Source: Alphaproteobacteria bacterium
GTDB taxonomy: Bacteria > Pseudomonadota > Alphaproteobacteria > Rhizobiales > Beijerinckiaceae
DNA length: 64,000 nt
Reading direction: 5' to 3'
NCBI GenBank assembly: GCA_021325385.1
Contig: JAJPHH010000202.1
Location: 65,023-129,022, forward strand
Shown here: positions 57,027-64,000 of the stretch, one piece after another
Position numbering within the stretch: the stretch's first letter is position 1
Layout: each line of letters begins with the position of its first letter
Notes under the pieces: model-generated
What the model saw: the letters and a program-made list of their open reading frames with translations, nothing else
The model's database searches: none
What the model was told of the DNA's origin: nothing
Made by a program: the position numbers and the translations under genes

Positions 57027-57641
57027 TTAGTCCTTTTCTGTCGACGCCGCCTGCAGGGCGCGCAAGCCCACCGCCGCTCGAATCTGGAACGCAAGAAACG
57101 AGACGAGCTGCGACAATGTGACGATCTCGTTCGTCGACCAGCCGGCGTCCAGGAGCGACTGCAGCGCCGCCGGGCCCGAATCGCGCGGATGAAAGACAAG
57201 CAGATGCGCATGTTCGAACGCCGCGGCGAGACGCGGGCCGAGCGCGGCCCGATTCGCTTCGGCGATGCGATGCGTCGGCCCAGCCTTGTCCTCCGCGCTC
57301 AGTGGTCCTCGCGGATAGGCGCCATAGGGGCCCTGGCCTACGCCGCGCGCGATCTCCGCCTCGATCGCTTTGATCAGGGCGTCGCGCCCGCTTTTCGCGG
57401 CAAGGCCGCTCCGATAGAAGGCGAGCGCAGCGGCGTCACGATGCAGACCCGCGACGAATGTCGCGACCGCGTAGCGCTCCGCGACCGTCACGCCGCCTGG
57501 ATGCTTCGGCGCGAAGAGCGTCTGAAAGCTCTTCTGCGCGTTCTCTCGCGCCTCTTGCCGCTGCGCGCGGACCTCGTCGAGACGCGAGCCTTTCTCGACG
57601 CCGGCCAAGACATCGATCACGTCAGGCTCAGTTTCGCTCAT
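57027..57641 (-). CDS. CMD-domain protein (Avi_7170-like)
   Basis: DVID-LAG, R-QAREN-Q-SF--LF, HAHLLVFHP, IVTLSQLVSFL-FQ-R. Confidence 0.85.
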   Translation of the reverse strand: MSETEPDVIDVLAGVEKGSRLDEVRAQRQEARENAQKSFQTLFAPKHPGGVTVAERYAVATFVAGLHRDAAALAFYRSGLAAKSGRDALIKAIEAEIARGVGQGPYGAYPRGPLSAEDKAGPTHRIAEANRAALGPRLAAAFEHAHLLVFHPRDSGPAALQSLLDAGWSTNEIVTLSQLVSFLAFQIRAAVGLRALQAASTEKD

Positions 57642-57661
57642 GAGCAGTCCCTTCCTTCGCT

Positions 57662-57744
57662 GTCATTCCCGCGCGCGCGGAAATCCAGGAGCCGCTGCGC
57701 CCAAAAGAGGAGCCGGGCTCGATTGCCTTCCGCGCGGAAACGTC
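57662..57744. repeat. CGTC-type palindromic repeat inside the 3' end of the monooxygenase gene
   Basis: GTCATTCCCGCGCGCGCGGAAATCCAGG arm matches the 62325 element; opposite arm degenerate. Confidence 0.75.
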
Positions 57745-58757
57745 AAACCGCGCTCAAAATAGCCGAGCGCCGGGGCGACTTTCTCGGCGATCAACTCGAT
57801 CGAGCGCAGGATAAACGGATGCGGAGGGTCGATCGAGTGGACCTGGAAAACGATCTCCGTGGCGCGCTCCAGAACGCTGTCGGCCCGGAGGGAGGCGACG
57901 ACGTCGTCCGGCGATCCGACATGGACGTCGAAAGCGGCGATGAGGTCCTCAAGCGATCGTCCCGGAAGGACCTGCCCCATGGCGACGAAATGGTCGACGA
58001 CCCGGCGCAGCCCAATATCGGCGAGACGCAAAGCCTCCTCGCGGTCGTCGGCGACGAACAGCGTGCGCGATGCGAGGATGCGCGGGCCGCGGCCTTGCGG
58101 CAGGGCTTCGAGATAGGCGTCGATGATCGGATGCTGCAGATCGGCGAGCGAGGCGCTCGGCGCATCTTTCGGGCGCGGCTGGGTGCGCGACAGCATCAGG
58201 CCGTCGCCGGCCTTGCCGGCGCGAATTCCGCCGCCGACCGAGAAGGTCGCTTGCCAAATTCGACCGAGGAGATGCGGCGCGGCCGGGTAGAGCCTGTTGC
58301 CGCCGCCAAGCGGCGCGCCGGCCAGCGCGTCGCGCACCGTTTTCAGGTGCTTGTCGAAGATCGCCGCGCGATCCGCGCTGTCATGGCCGAAGGCGGCGAA
58401 GGCGCTCGCCGTGCCGCCTGAGCCGAGCCCCAATTCCAGGCGGCCGCCCGAAATAAGATCGAATACCGCCGCGTCCTCGGCGACCCGCACCGGCTCTTCG
58501 AGCGGCAAGGTTACGATGCCGGTGCCGAGACGAATGGTCGAGGTCCGCGCCGCCGCTTGCGCGAGAAAGACGAAGGGCGCCGGCAGACCGCCCTCGTTCT
58601 CGTCGAAATGATGCTGCGCGATCCAGGCGGAATCGAAGCCGCGGCTTTCGGCGTGAACGATTTGCTCCGTCGCCAGGCGATAGCGCTCGACGGCGCTGGT
58701 TCGGTCGAGCAATCTCGTAAAGAAGCCCAGCTTCTTGGGTTCAACGGGTGCGGTCAT
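57663..58757 (-). CDS. FMN-dependent luciferase-like monooxygenase (KPN_01858-like); last 26 aa repeat-derived
   Basis: LGFFTRLLD, AWIAQHHF---EGGLP-P, GRLELG-GSGG, FQVHSIDPPH. Confidence 0.9.
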   Translation of the reverse strand: MTAPVEPKKLGFFTRLLDRTSAVERYRLATEQIVHAESRGFDSAWIAQHHFDENEGGLPAPFVFLAQAAARTSTIRLGTGIVTLPLEEPVRVAEDAAVFDLISGGRLELGLGSGGTASAFAAFGHDSADRAAIFDKHLKTVRDALAGAPLGGGNRLYPAAPHLLGRIWQATFSVGGGIRAGKAGDGLMLSRTQPRPKDAPSASLADLQHPIIDAYLEALPQGRGPRILASRTLFVADDREEALRLADIGLRRVVDHFVAMGQVLPGRSLEDLIAAFDVHVGSPDDVVASLRADSVLERATEIVFQVHSIDPPHPFILRSIELIAEKVAPALGYFERGLTFPRGRQSSPAPLLGAAAPGFPRARE

Positions 58758-58772
58758 AAGATATCCCCAGCT

Positions 58773-58861
58773 CCGTCATTGCGAGGAGCGCAGCGCCGAA
58801 GCAATCCACTCGCAAGCCTCAGTCCTTCGAGTGGATTGCTTCGCTTCGCTCGCAATGACGG
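58773..58861. repeat. Intact CGTC-type palindromic repeat (REP/MITE-like)
   Basis: Perfect 13-bp terminal IR CCGTCATTGCGAG/CTCGCAATGACGG plus 15-bp inner stem GAAGCAATCCACTCG/CGAGTGGATTGCTTC. Confidence 0.9.
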
Positions 58862-58890
58862 CGCGTTGATGACCATAGTCGCGCCCTCCT

Positions 58891-59619
58891 TCACGCCGCC
58901 GCCGCGCCGCCGAGATAGGCTTCGCGAATGCGCGGATCGCCGCGCAGCAGCGCCGCGGCGCCCTGCAAGACGATCCGTCCCGTCTGCAGCACGTAACCCT
59001 CATGGGCGATCTGCAGCGCGAGATTGGCGTTCTGCTCGACCATGAAGACGGTGACGCCCTGGCGATTGATCTCCGCGATCAATTCGAGCACCCGATCGAC
59101 GAAGAGCGGCGACAGGCCCATAGTCGGCTCATCCATCAAGATGAGCCGCGGCCGCCCCATCAGCGCGCGCGCCATAGCCAGCATTTGCTGCTCGCCGCCG
59201 GAAAGCACGCCGGCGCGCTGGTTGATCCGCTCGGCGACGCGCGGAAACAACGTCAGCATCCGCTCCAGGTCTTCGCCGACCGCTTTGCGGTCGGCGCGGC
59301 CATAGGCGCCCATCAGCAGATTTTCGCGCACGCTCATCAGCGGGAAGATGCGCCGCGCCTCCGGCACCGAACCGATTCCGGCGCGGATCACGCGATGAGT
59401 CGGCCAACCGTCGATCCGGGCGCCGTCGAACTCCACTGTTCCCGAGCGCGGCGCGAGGAGCCCGAGAATGATTTTCATCGTCGTCGACTTGCCGCTGGCG
59501 TTGCCGCCCAGAAGCGAGACGATGCGGCCGCGGCCGACTTGCAGCGACAGGTCGAAGTGAACCTGCACCGGGCCATAGAACGTGTTGACGCGGTCGAGGC
59601 GGAGCAGCGCTTCGCTCAT
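58891..59619 (-). CDS. ABC transporter ATP-binding protein, LivF-like
   Basis: GGNASGKST, LSGGEQQMLA, DEPTMGL, VEQN. Confidence 0.93.
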   Translation of the reverse strand: MSEALLRLDRVNTFYGPVQVHFDLSLQVGRGRIVSLLGGNASGKSTTMKIILGLLAPRSGTVEFDGARIDGWPTHRVIRAGIGSVPEARRIFPLMSVRENLLMGAYGRADRKAVGEDLERMLTLFPRVAERINQRAGVLSGGEQQMLAMARALMGRPRLILMDEPTMGLSPLFVDRVLELIAEINRQGVTVFMVEQNANLALQIAHEGYVLQTGRIVLQGAAALLRGDPRIREAYLGGAAAA

Positions 59620-60461
59620 GACGCGACCACCTCGACGGAGGATGCAGCGCGGCCGATTTCGCGATGGCCAAGATAGGCTTCGATCACGGCCGGATCGTTT
59701 CGTACTTTCTCAGGCGGCCCTTCGGCGATCTTGACGCCGTCATCGAGCACATAAACCCTGTCCGAGAGCTGCATGACCAGGTCGAGCTTGTGCTCGATCA
59801 GCAGGATGGTCACGCCGCGACCCTTCAGCGTCGCAATCAGCGCCTGCATTTCGGCCGTCTCGGTCGGATTCATGCCGGCGGTCGGCTCGTCGAGCAGCAG
59901 CAGCCTCGGCCTGAGCGCCAGCGCGCGGGCGATCTCGACCCGCCGCCGGTTGGCGTAGGAAAGACTATAGGCGGGATGATCGAGCCGCGGCGTCAGGCGC
60001 TCGCCGAACAGATTGAGAATCTCGCGCGCTTCGGCCTTCAGCGCTTGCTCCTCTTTCTTGACCGCGGGCGGGCGAACCAGGGCGAGAACGAGTTCGGCGA
60101 GCGGCCCGATGACGGGCAGGCGCGGCTTCACCGCGCGCAGCCGCGTATGCGCGCCGAGCAGCACGTTGTCCTCGACGCTGAGATTGGCGAAGACGCGGCC
60201 GTGCTGGAACGTGCGGGCGAGGCCGAGCGCCGCGATCGCTTCCGGCGTCAGGCCCTGGATCGAGCGCCCGGCGAAACGGACCTCGCCGCCGTCCAACCGT
60301 TCGAGGCCGCTGATCATGTTGAACGTCGTCGTCTTGCCGGCGCCGTTCGGCCCGATCAGGCTGACAAACTCGCCCTCGCCGACCGTAAGGTCGAGCGCCT
60401 TGACCGCGACGACGCCGCCGAACCGGCGCGTGAGCCCGCGAATGTCGAGCAGCGGCGCCAT
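59616..60461 (-). CDS. ABC transporter ATP-binding protein, LivG-like
   Basis: GPNGAGKTT, RTFQ, DEPTAGMN, IEHKL, V-EAYLG. Confidence 0.93.
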   Translation of the reverse strand: MAPLLDIRGLTRRFGGVVAVKALDLTVGEGEFVSLIGPNGAGKTTTFNMISGLERLDGGEVRFAGRSIQGLTPEAIAALGLARTFQHGRVFANLSVEDNVLLGAHTRLRAVKPRLPVIGPLAELVLALVRPPAVKKEEQALKAEAREILNLFGERLTPRLDHPAYSLSYANRRRVEIARALALRPRLLLLDEPTAGMNPTETAEMQALIATLKGRGVTILLIEHKLDLVMQLSDRVYVLDDGVKIAEGPPEKVRNDPAVIEAYLGHREIGRAASSVEVVAS

Positions 60462-60464
60462 CGC

Positions 60465-62288
60465 CTAGACCGTACCCAGCAGGCCTTGCGGCCGGAAGCG
60501 GATCAGCAGCAGCAGAACGACGCCGTAGATCAGAATGCGATATTCAGCAGCGACTCGAAACAGCTCGGGCAGTCCGACCAGCGCGACCGCGCCGACAATC
60601 GCGCCAAGCACATTCCCCATGCCGCCGAGAATGACCATGGTCAGAGCGAGCAGCGAGAGCTGCGAATCGAACGTCTGGTTGTTCAGGTACGAATAGAGGT
60701 GGGCGGCGATCGCGCCGCTGACGCCGGCGCCGAAGCCGCCGAAGGCGAAGGCCAGCCCCTTATAGCGGTCGAGCTTGATCCCATAGGAGCGCGCGGCGAT
60801 CTCGTCCTCGCGCACGGCGCGCAACGTTCTGCCGAAATGCGAATTCAGGAACCGCGCCTGCAGCGCCGCCAAAGAGACGACAATGGCGAGGCACAGCCAG
60901 TAAATCGCGCGATTGGAGAAAATGTCCTGACCGAGAAACGACAGCGGCGGGATGCCGGTGAGCCCCATCGCCCCGCCTGTCAATCCCTCCCAATTGAGGA
61001 TGACCAGGCTGACGATCTCGCCGATCGCCAAGGTCGCGATGGCGATGTAATGGCCGCGCAGGCGGAAGGCGGGAAAGACGAGCAGCGCGCCGAGCCCGGC
61101 CGTGATCAAGCCGGCCGCCGGAATGGACAGGATCGGCGGCGCGCCGAGATCGAGCGCGAGCAGCGCCGAGGCGTAGCCGCCGATCGCCAGCAGCCCGGCA
61201 TGACCGAAGGAAATCTGCCCCGCCGTGCCGGCGATCAGCGTCAGGCTCAGAGCGAGCATCGCCGCGAGCCAGGCGTTGGTGAGAGTCTGCAACAGGTATG
61301 GCGCGCTCGTCGCCAGCGGCAGCGCGAAAGCCGCGAGCGCGAGCGCGGCGACGGCCCAGCGCGGCAGGCGAATGGGCCGGCTCGGCGCGATGAAGGAGCC
61401 GACCAGGGGCTCGCTCTGGATCGTCGCGCGGCCGCCGAACAGGCCATTGGGCAGCCAGAGGAGAAAAGCGATCAGCAGCACGAAGGCGAAGAGATTGCGG
61501 TACGTGGTGCCGAGCAGCGCGATGCCGTAGCTCTCGGTCAGGCCGAGCAGCAGGCTGCCGACGATCGCGCCCGGCACATTGCCGACGCCGCCGATCACTT
61601 GCGCGACCACCCCTTTCAGGGTCGCCTGAAAGCTCATCGCCGGATCGATGTGGTTGTAATACATGCCGACCAGCAGGCCGCTGAGGCCGCCCAACGCGGA
61701 GGCGATGGCGAAGACGGCGCTGTTGACCGCGTCGACATTGACGCCCATCTGCTGCGCCGCCTCGCGATCCTGGGCGGTGGCGCGCACGGCGAAGCCGAGC
61801 TTGGTGAAACGCAGGAAGACATAGAGCAAGGCCGCGCTGGCGAGGCCGACCGCGGCGATCAGAATGTCCATCGCGCCGATCGAGCCGTCGCCGACGGCGA
61901 GCCGCCAGTCGGGCAGATCGCTCGGCACGGCGCGCGGATCGGGCGAGAAGACGAGCTGGACGAGTTGATCGAGGACGAAACTGAGGCCGATCGTCGCGAG
62001 CAGCGGCGCAATCCGCGCCTTTCCCTGCAGCGGCCGCAAGCCGACGCGCTCGATGACGACGCCTAGGCCGGCGCAGGCGACGAAGACGATCAGCATCGTC
62101 ACGGGCAACGGCGTATGCAGAAACGTAACCGCCGCCCAGCCGATATAGGCGCCGAAAGTATAGACCGAGCCATGGGCGAAATTGATCAGGTTGGCGACGC
62201 CGAAAATCAGCGCCAGCCCGACCGCGAGCAGCGCATAGATATTGCCGACGACCAGGCCGTTGACGGTGTAATCGATGAACGAGCTCAA
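60465..62288 (-). CDS. Fused LivH-LivM-type ABC permease
   Basis: N-half INFAHG, G-AVRA---D; C-half [24 protein letters not shown]; TTG start. Confidence 0.9.
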   Translation of the reverse strand: MSSFIDYTVNGLVVGNIYALLAVGLALIFGVANLINFAHGSVYTFGAYIGWAAVTFLHTPLPVTMLIVFVACAGLGVVIERVGLRPLQGKARIAPLLATIGLSFVLDQLVQLVFSPDPRAVPSDLPDWRLAVGDGSIGAMDILIAAVGLASAALLYVFLRFTKLGFAVRATAQDREAAQQMGVNVDAVNSAVFAIASALGGLSGLLVGMYYNHIDPAMSFQATLKGVVAQVIGGVGNVPGAIVGSLLLGLTESYGIALLGTTYRNLFAFVLLIAFLLWLPNGLFGGRATIQSEPLVGSFIAPSRPIRLPRWAVAALALAAFALPLATSAPYLLQTLTNAWLAAMLALSLTLIAGTAGQISFGHAGLLAIGGYASALLALDLGAPPILSIPAAGLITAGLGALLVFPAFRLRGHYIAIATLAIGEIVSLVILNWEGLTGGAMGLTGIPPLSFLGQDIFSNRAIYWLCLAIVVSLAALQARFLNSHFGRTLRAVREDEIAARSYGIKLDRYKGLAFAFGGFGAGVSGAIAAHLYSYLNNQTFDSQLSLLALTMVILGGMGNVLGAIVGAVALVGLPELFRVAAEYRILIYGVVLLLLIRFRPQGLLGTV

Positions 62289-62324
62289 GGATGCTTAAAT
62301 CCCCGACGATCAATGAAACGCGCT

Positions 62325-62408
62325 TGTCATTCCCGCGCAAGCTGGGATCCGGGCTGAGCTGACCTTCAAGCGCAACGGCTCTGGATTCCCGCTTTCGCGG
62401 GAATGACA
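62325..62408. repeat. CGTC-type palindromic repeat (TCATTCCCGCG family)
   Basis: Terminal IR TGTCATTCCCGCG/CGCGGGAATGACA; ATTCCC-N8-GGGAAT-like arms. Confidence 0.88.
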
Positions 62409-62427
62409 TTGTCGATTGGCCGGAGCG

Positions 62428-63603
62428 TCAGCCCGCCGAAGGCTTCTTCCCGTCCCACAGTGTGAACTGGCCATTCTTGACCACAAGATAAACCGCCCGC
62501 GCGCCGGCGACGCGCCGCGTCTGCGGATCGAACGTCGCCTTGCCGTAGATCACGCTCGGCACGTCCTTGATCTTCGCCAGCCCGTCGCGGATCGCCGTGC
62601 GGTCGATCCCATATTGGTTCATCACATCCGCCAGGAGAATGATCGTGTCATAGGCGACAGCGTTGAAATCGTCAGGCTCCTCGTTGTACTTGGCGCGGAA
62701 TTTTGCGACGAAGTTCTGCACTTCCGGCCGGGAATCGCCTGGGAAGAAATTCGATTCCGTGTAGACCCCGTTGCCCGCTTCGCCGGCGAGCTCGATGAAT
62801 TTCGGCGAATAAATCGAGCCCGAGGCGACGATCGGCGTGGTCAGCCCGACCGAACGGATCTGGCGCGTGATCAGCGCGCCGTCCGCATAGTACGAGATGA
62901 GCACGATCGCGTCCGGCTTGGCGTCGCGGACCCGCACCAGAGTCGAGCGGAAATCCTTCTCGTCGGGCTGATAGCCTTCCGAGGCGACGACGTCCATGCC
63001 ATAGCCCTTGGCGGCTTCGCCGAAAATTTTCTCGCTCGCCCGGCCCCAATCGGTGTTGAGATAGAGTACGGCGAGATGCTTGAAGCCGAGATCGGCGGCG
63101 TATTTGGCGAGCCGCGGCTGCTCGTCGGCCTGGCTGACCGAATTGCTCCAGATATAGTCGCCGCCCTTGGTGAAGTTCGGATGAGAATTGGTGAAGCCGA
63201 ATTGAACCAGCCCGGCGCGCTGATAGATTGACGAAGCCGCCATCGAGGCGGTGCTCGAGAAATCGCCGACTTCGACGACGATTTTCGGATCGCTGACGAA
63301 TTTCTGCGCTATGGCGACGGTCTGGCGCGGATCGGCCTGGCTGTCCTCGAACACATATTGCAGCGGCCGGCCTTTGACGCCGCCCTTCGCATTGACCTCT
63401 TCGAGGGCGAGGTCGAAGCCCTTCTTCCATTGCGCGCCATATTGCGCGTTCGGCCCAGTCAGCGGCCCGCTGACGCCGATCGTCACCGGCTCGCCGCTCG
63501 CCGCCTGGGCGAGGGCCGCGGCCGCGCCGAACGCGCTCAGGGCCGCGGCGAGGGCGGCGCGCTTCGCCAAGCTTCCGAAGGCGGAAAGAGAAAAGATCGA
63601 CAT
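62428..63603 (-). CDS. LivK-type ABC substrate-binding protein
   Basis: Signal peptide; IGVSGPLTG, GG--GRP, EDSQADP, G-FSS, AYD. Confidence 0.93.
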   Translation of the reverse strand: MSIFSLSAFGSLAKRAALAAALSAFGAAAALAQAASGEPVTIGVSGPLTGPNAQYGAQWKKGFDLALEEVNAKGGVKGRPLQYVFEDSQADPRQTVAIAQKFVSDPKIVVEVGDFSSTASMAASSIYQRAGLVQFGFTNSHPNFTKGGDYIWSNSVSQADEQPRLAKYAADLGFKHLAVLYLNTDWGRASEKIFGEAAKGYGMDVVASEGYQPDEKDFRSTLVRVRDAKPDAIVLISYYADGALITRQIRSVGLTTPIVASGSIYSPKFIELAGEAGNGVYTESNFFPGDSRPEVQNFVAKFRAKYNEEPDDFNAVAYDTIILLADVMNQYGIDRTAIRDGLAKIKDVPSVIYGKATFDPQTRRVAGARAVYLVVKNGQFTLWDGKKPSAG

Positions 63604-63979
63604 GCTCAGGCCTATGTTTTTCGAAACGGGAGATTAGCCGCGCCGTCGCTGGTCCGCGTTACAACGCGCAGAGCCCCATGCGAGGAGAGCCGATCGCGGC
63701 TGAATGACCGCTTTTTGAAGCTAGAACCGGCGTCCAACAGGTGTCAAGATAAACTATAAAGTCAGTAGACTGATCCGCCCATCCGGTCAGCGAAGACGCC
63801 GTCCTCTGGTCGAAAGACTACCGCATGGCGCGGCGCTCGGAGAAGGTCTGCGCGTCGCCGATCCGGTTCGGCCTCGCCGCCGCTCGCGCCCGTATCGCGA
63901 ACCGAGCAGGCGAATCGAACAGGACCCGTTAGAAGCGCGTCCAGAGCGGCGCCACGGGCCTTGGCGAGGTCTCGCCGAA

Positions 63980-64000
63980 TTATTCCGCTGCGACGGCCGG
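63980..64000 (-). CDS. Probable 3' end of a minus-strand gene entering from beyond the window
   Basis: PAVAAE* - 'AAE*' is a common rhizobial C-terminal ending; only 7 codons visible. Confidence 0.35.
   Translation of the reverse strand, partial: PAVAAE

Noticed and set aside
60760-62409. 549-aa ORF starting MSFPRKRES
   Set aside because: Its start is the translation of the palindromic repeat at 62325-62408; the rest is an Arg-rich alternative frame of the permease gene

Overview
A 64-kb segment of a high-GC alphaproteobacterial chromosome. Gene style and repeat types suggest Hyphomicrobiales, Methylocystaceae/Beijerinckiaceae-like (inference). No rRNA, tRNA, CRISPR array, integrase or transposase was recognised. 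Five blocks: (1) 1-14.9 kb, a split 'rhizo-twelve'-type glycan biosynthesis/tailoring cassette (glycoside hydrolase end, PIG-L deacetylase, two GT4s, GNAT, methyltransferase, two NDP-sugar epimerases, B12/radical-SAM enzyme, three CgeB-like GTs) interrupted by a UDP-glucuronate decarboxylase and an MscS channel. (2) 15-33 kb, a general-stress island (KimA-like permease, CBS protein, PCMT-erythromycin-esterase fusion, SDR, DUF6496, cyoABCD, DUF892 ferritin-like genes, PPase, YdeP, CYTH-CHAD). Many transcription units here carry a GGAAC-N16/17-CGTT EcfG/SigT-type promoter, and several genes are decayed. (3) 35.4-38.8 kb, a low-GC, tightly coupled three-gene insert: ParB/Srx-like protein, PD-(D/E)xK-like nuclease candidate, amino-DNA methyltransferase. 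This is the best candidate for an uncharacterised defence/modification system. (4) 39-56 kb, accessory and stress genes (TPR, DUF1801, ArsR-VOC-SRPBCC, GST, PRTase/hydrolase, nadE, cls-like PLD plus EEP, site-2 protease, Hsp20-lon). (5) 56-64 kb, a branched-chain-type ABC transporter / luciferase-like monooxygenase / CMD operon punctuated by palindromic CGTC-type repeats, one of which supplies a gene's C-terminus and stop codon. All family assignments are by motif recognition from memory; no database searches were run.
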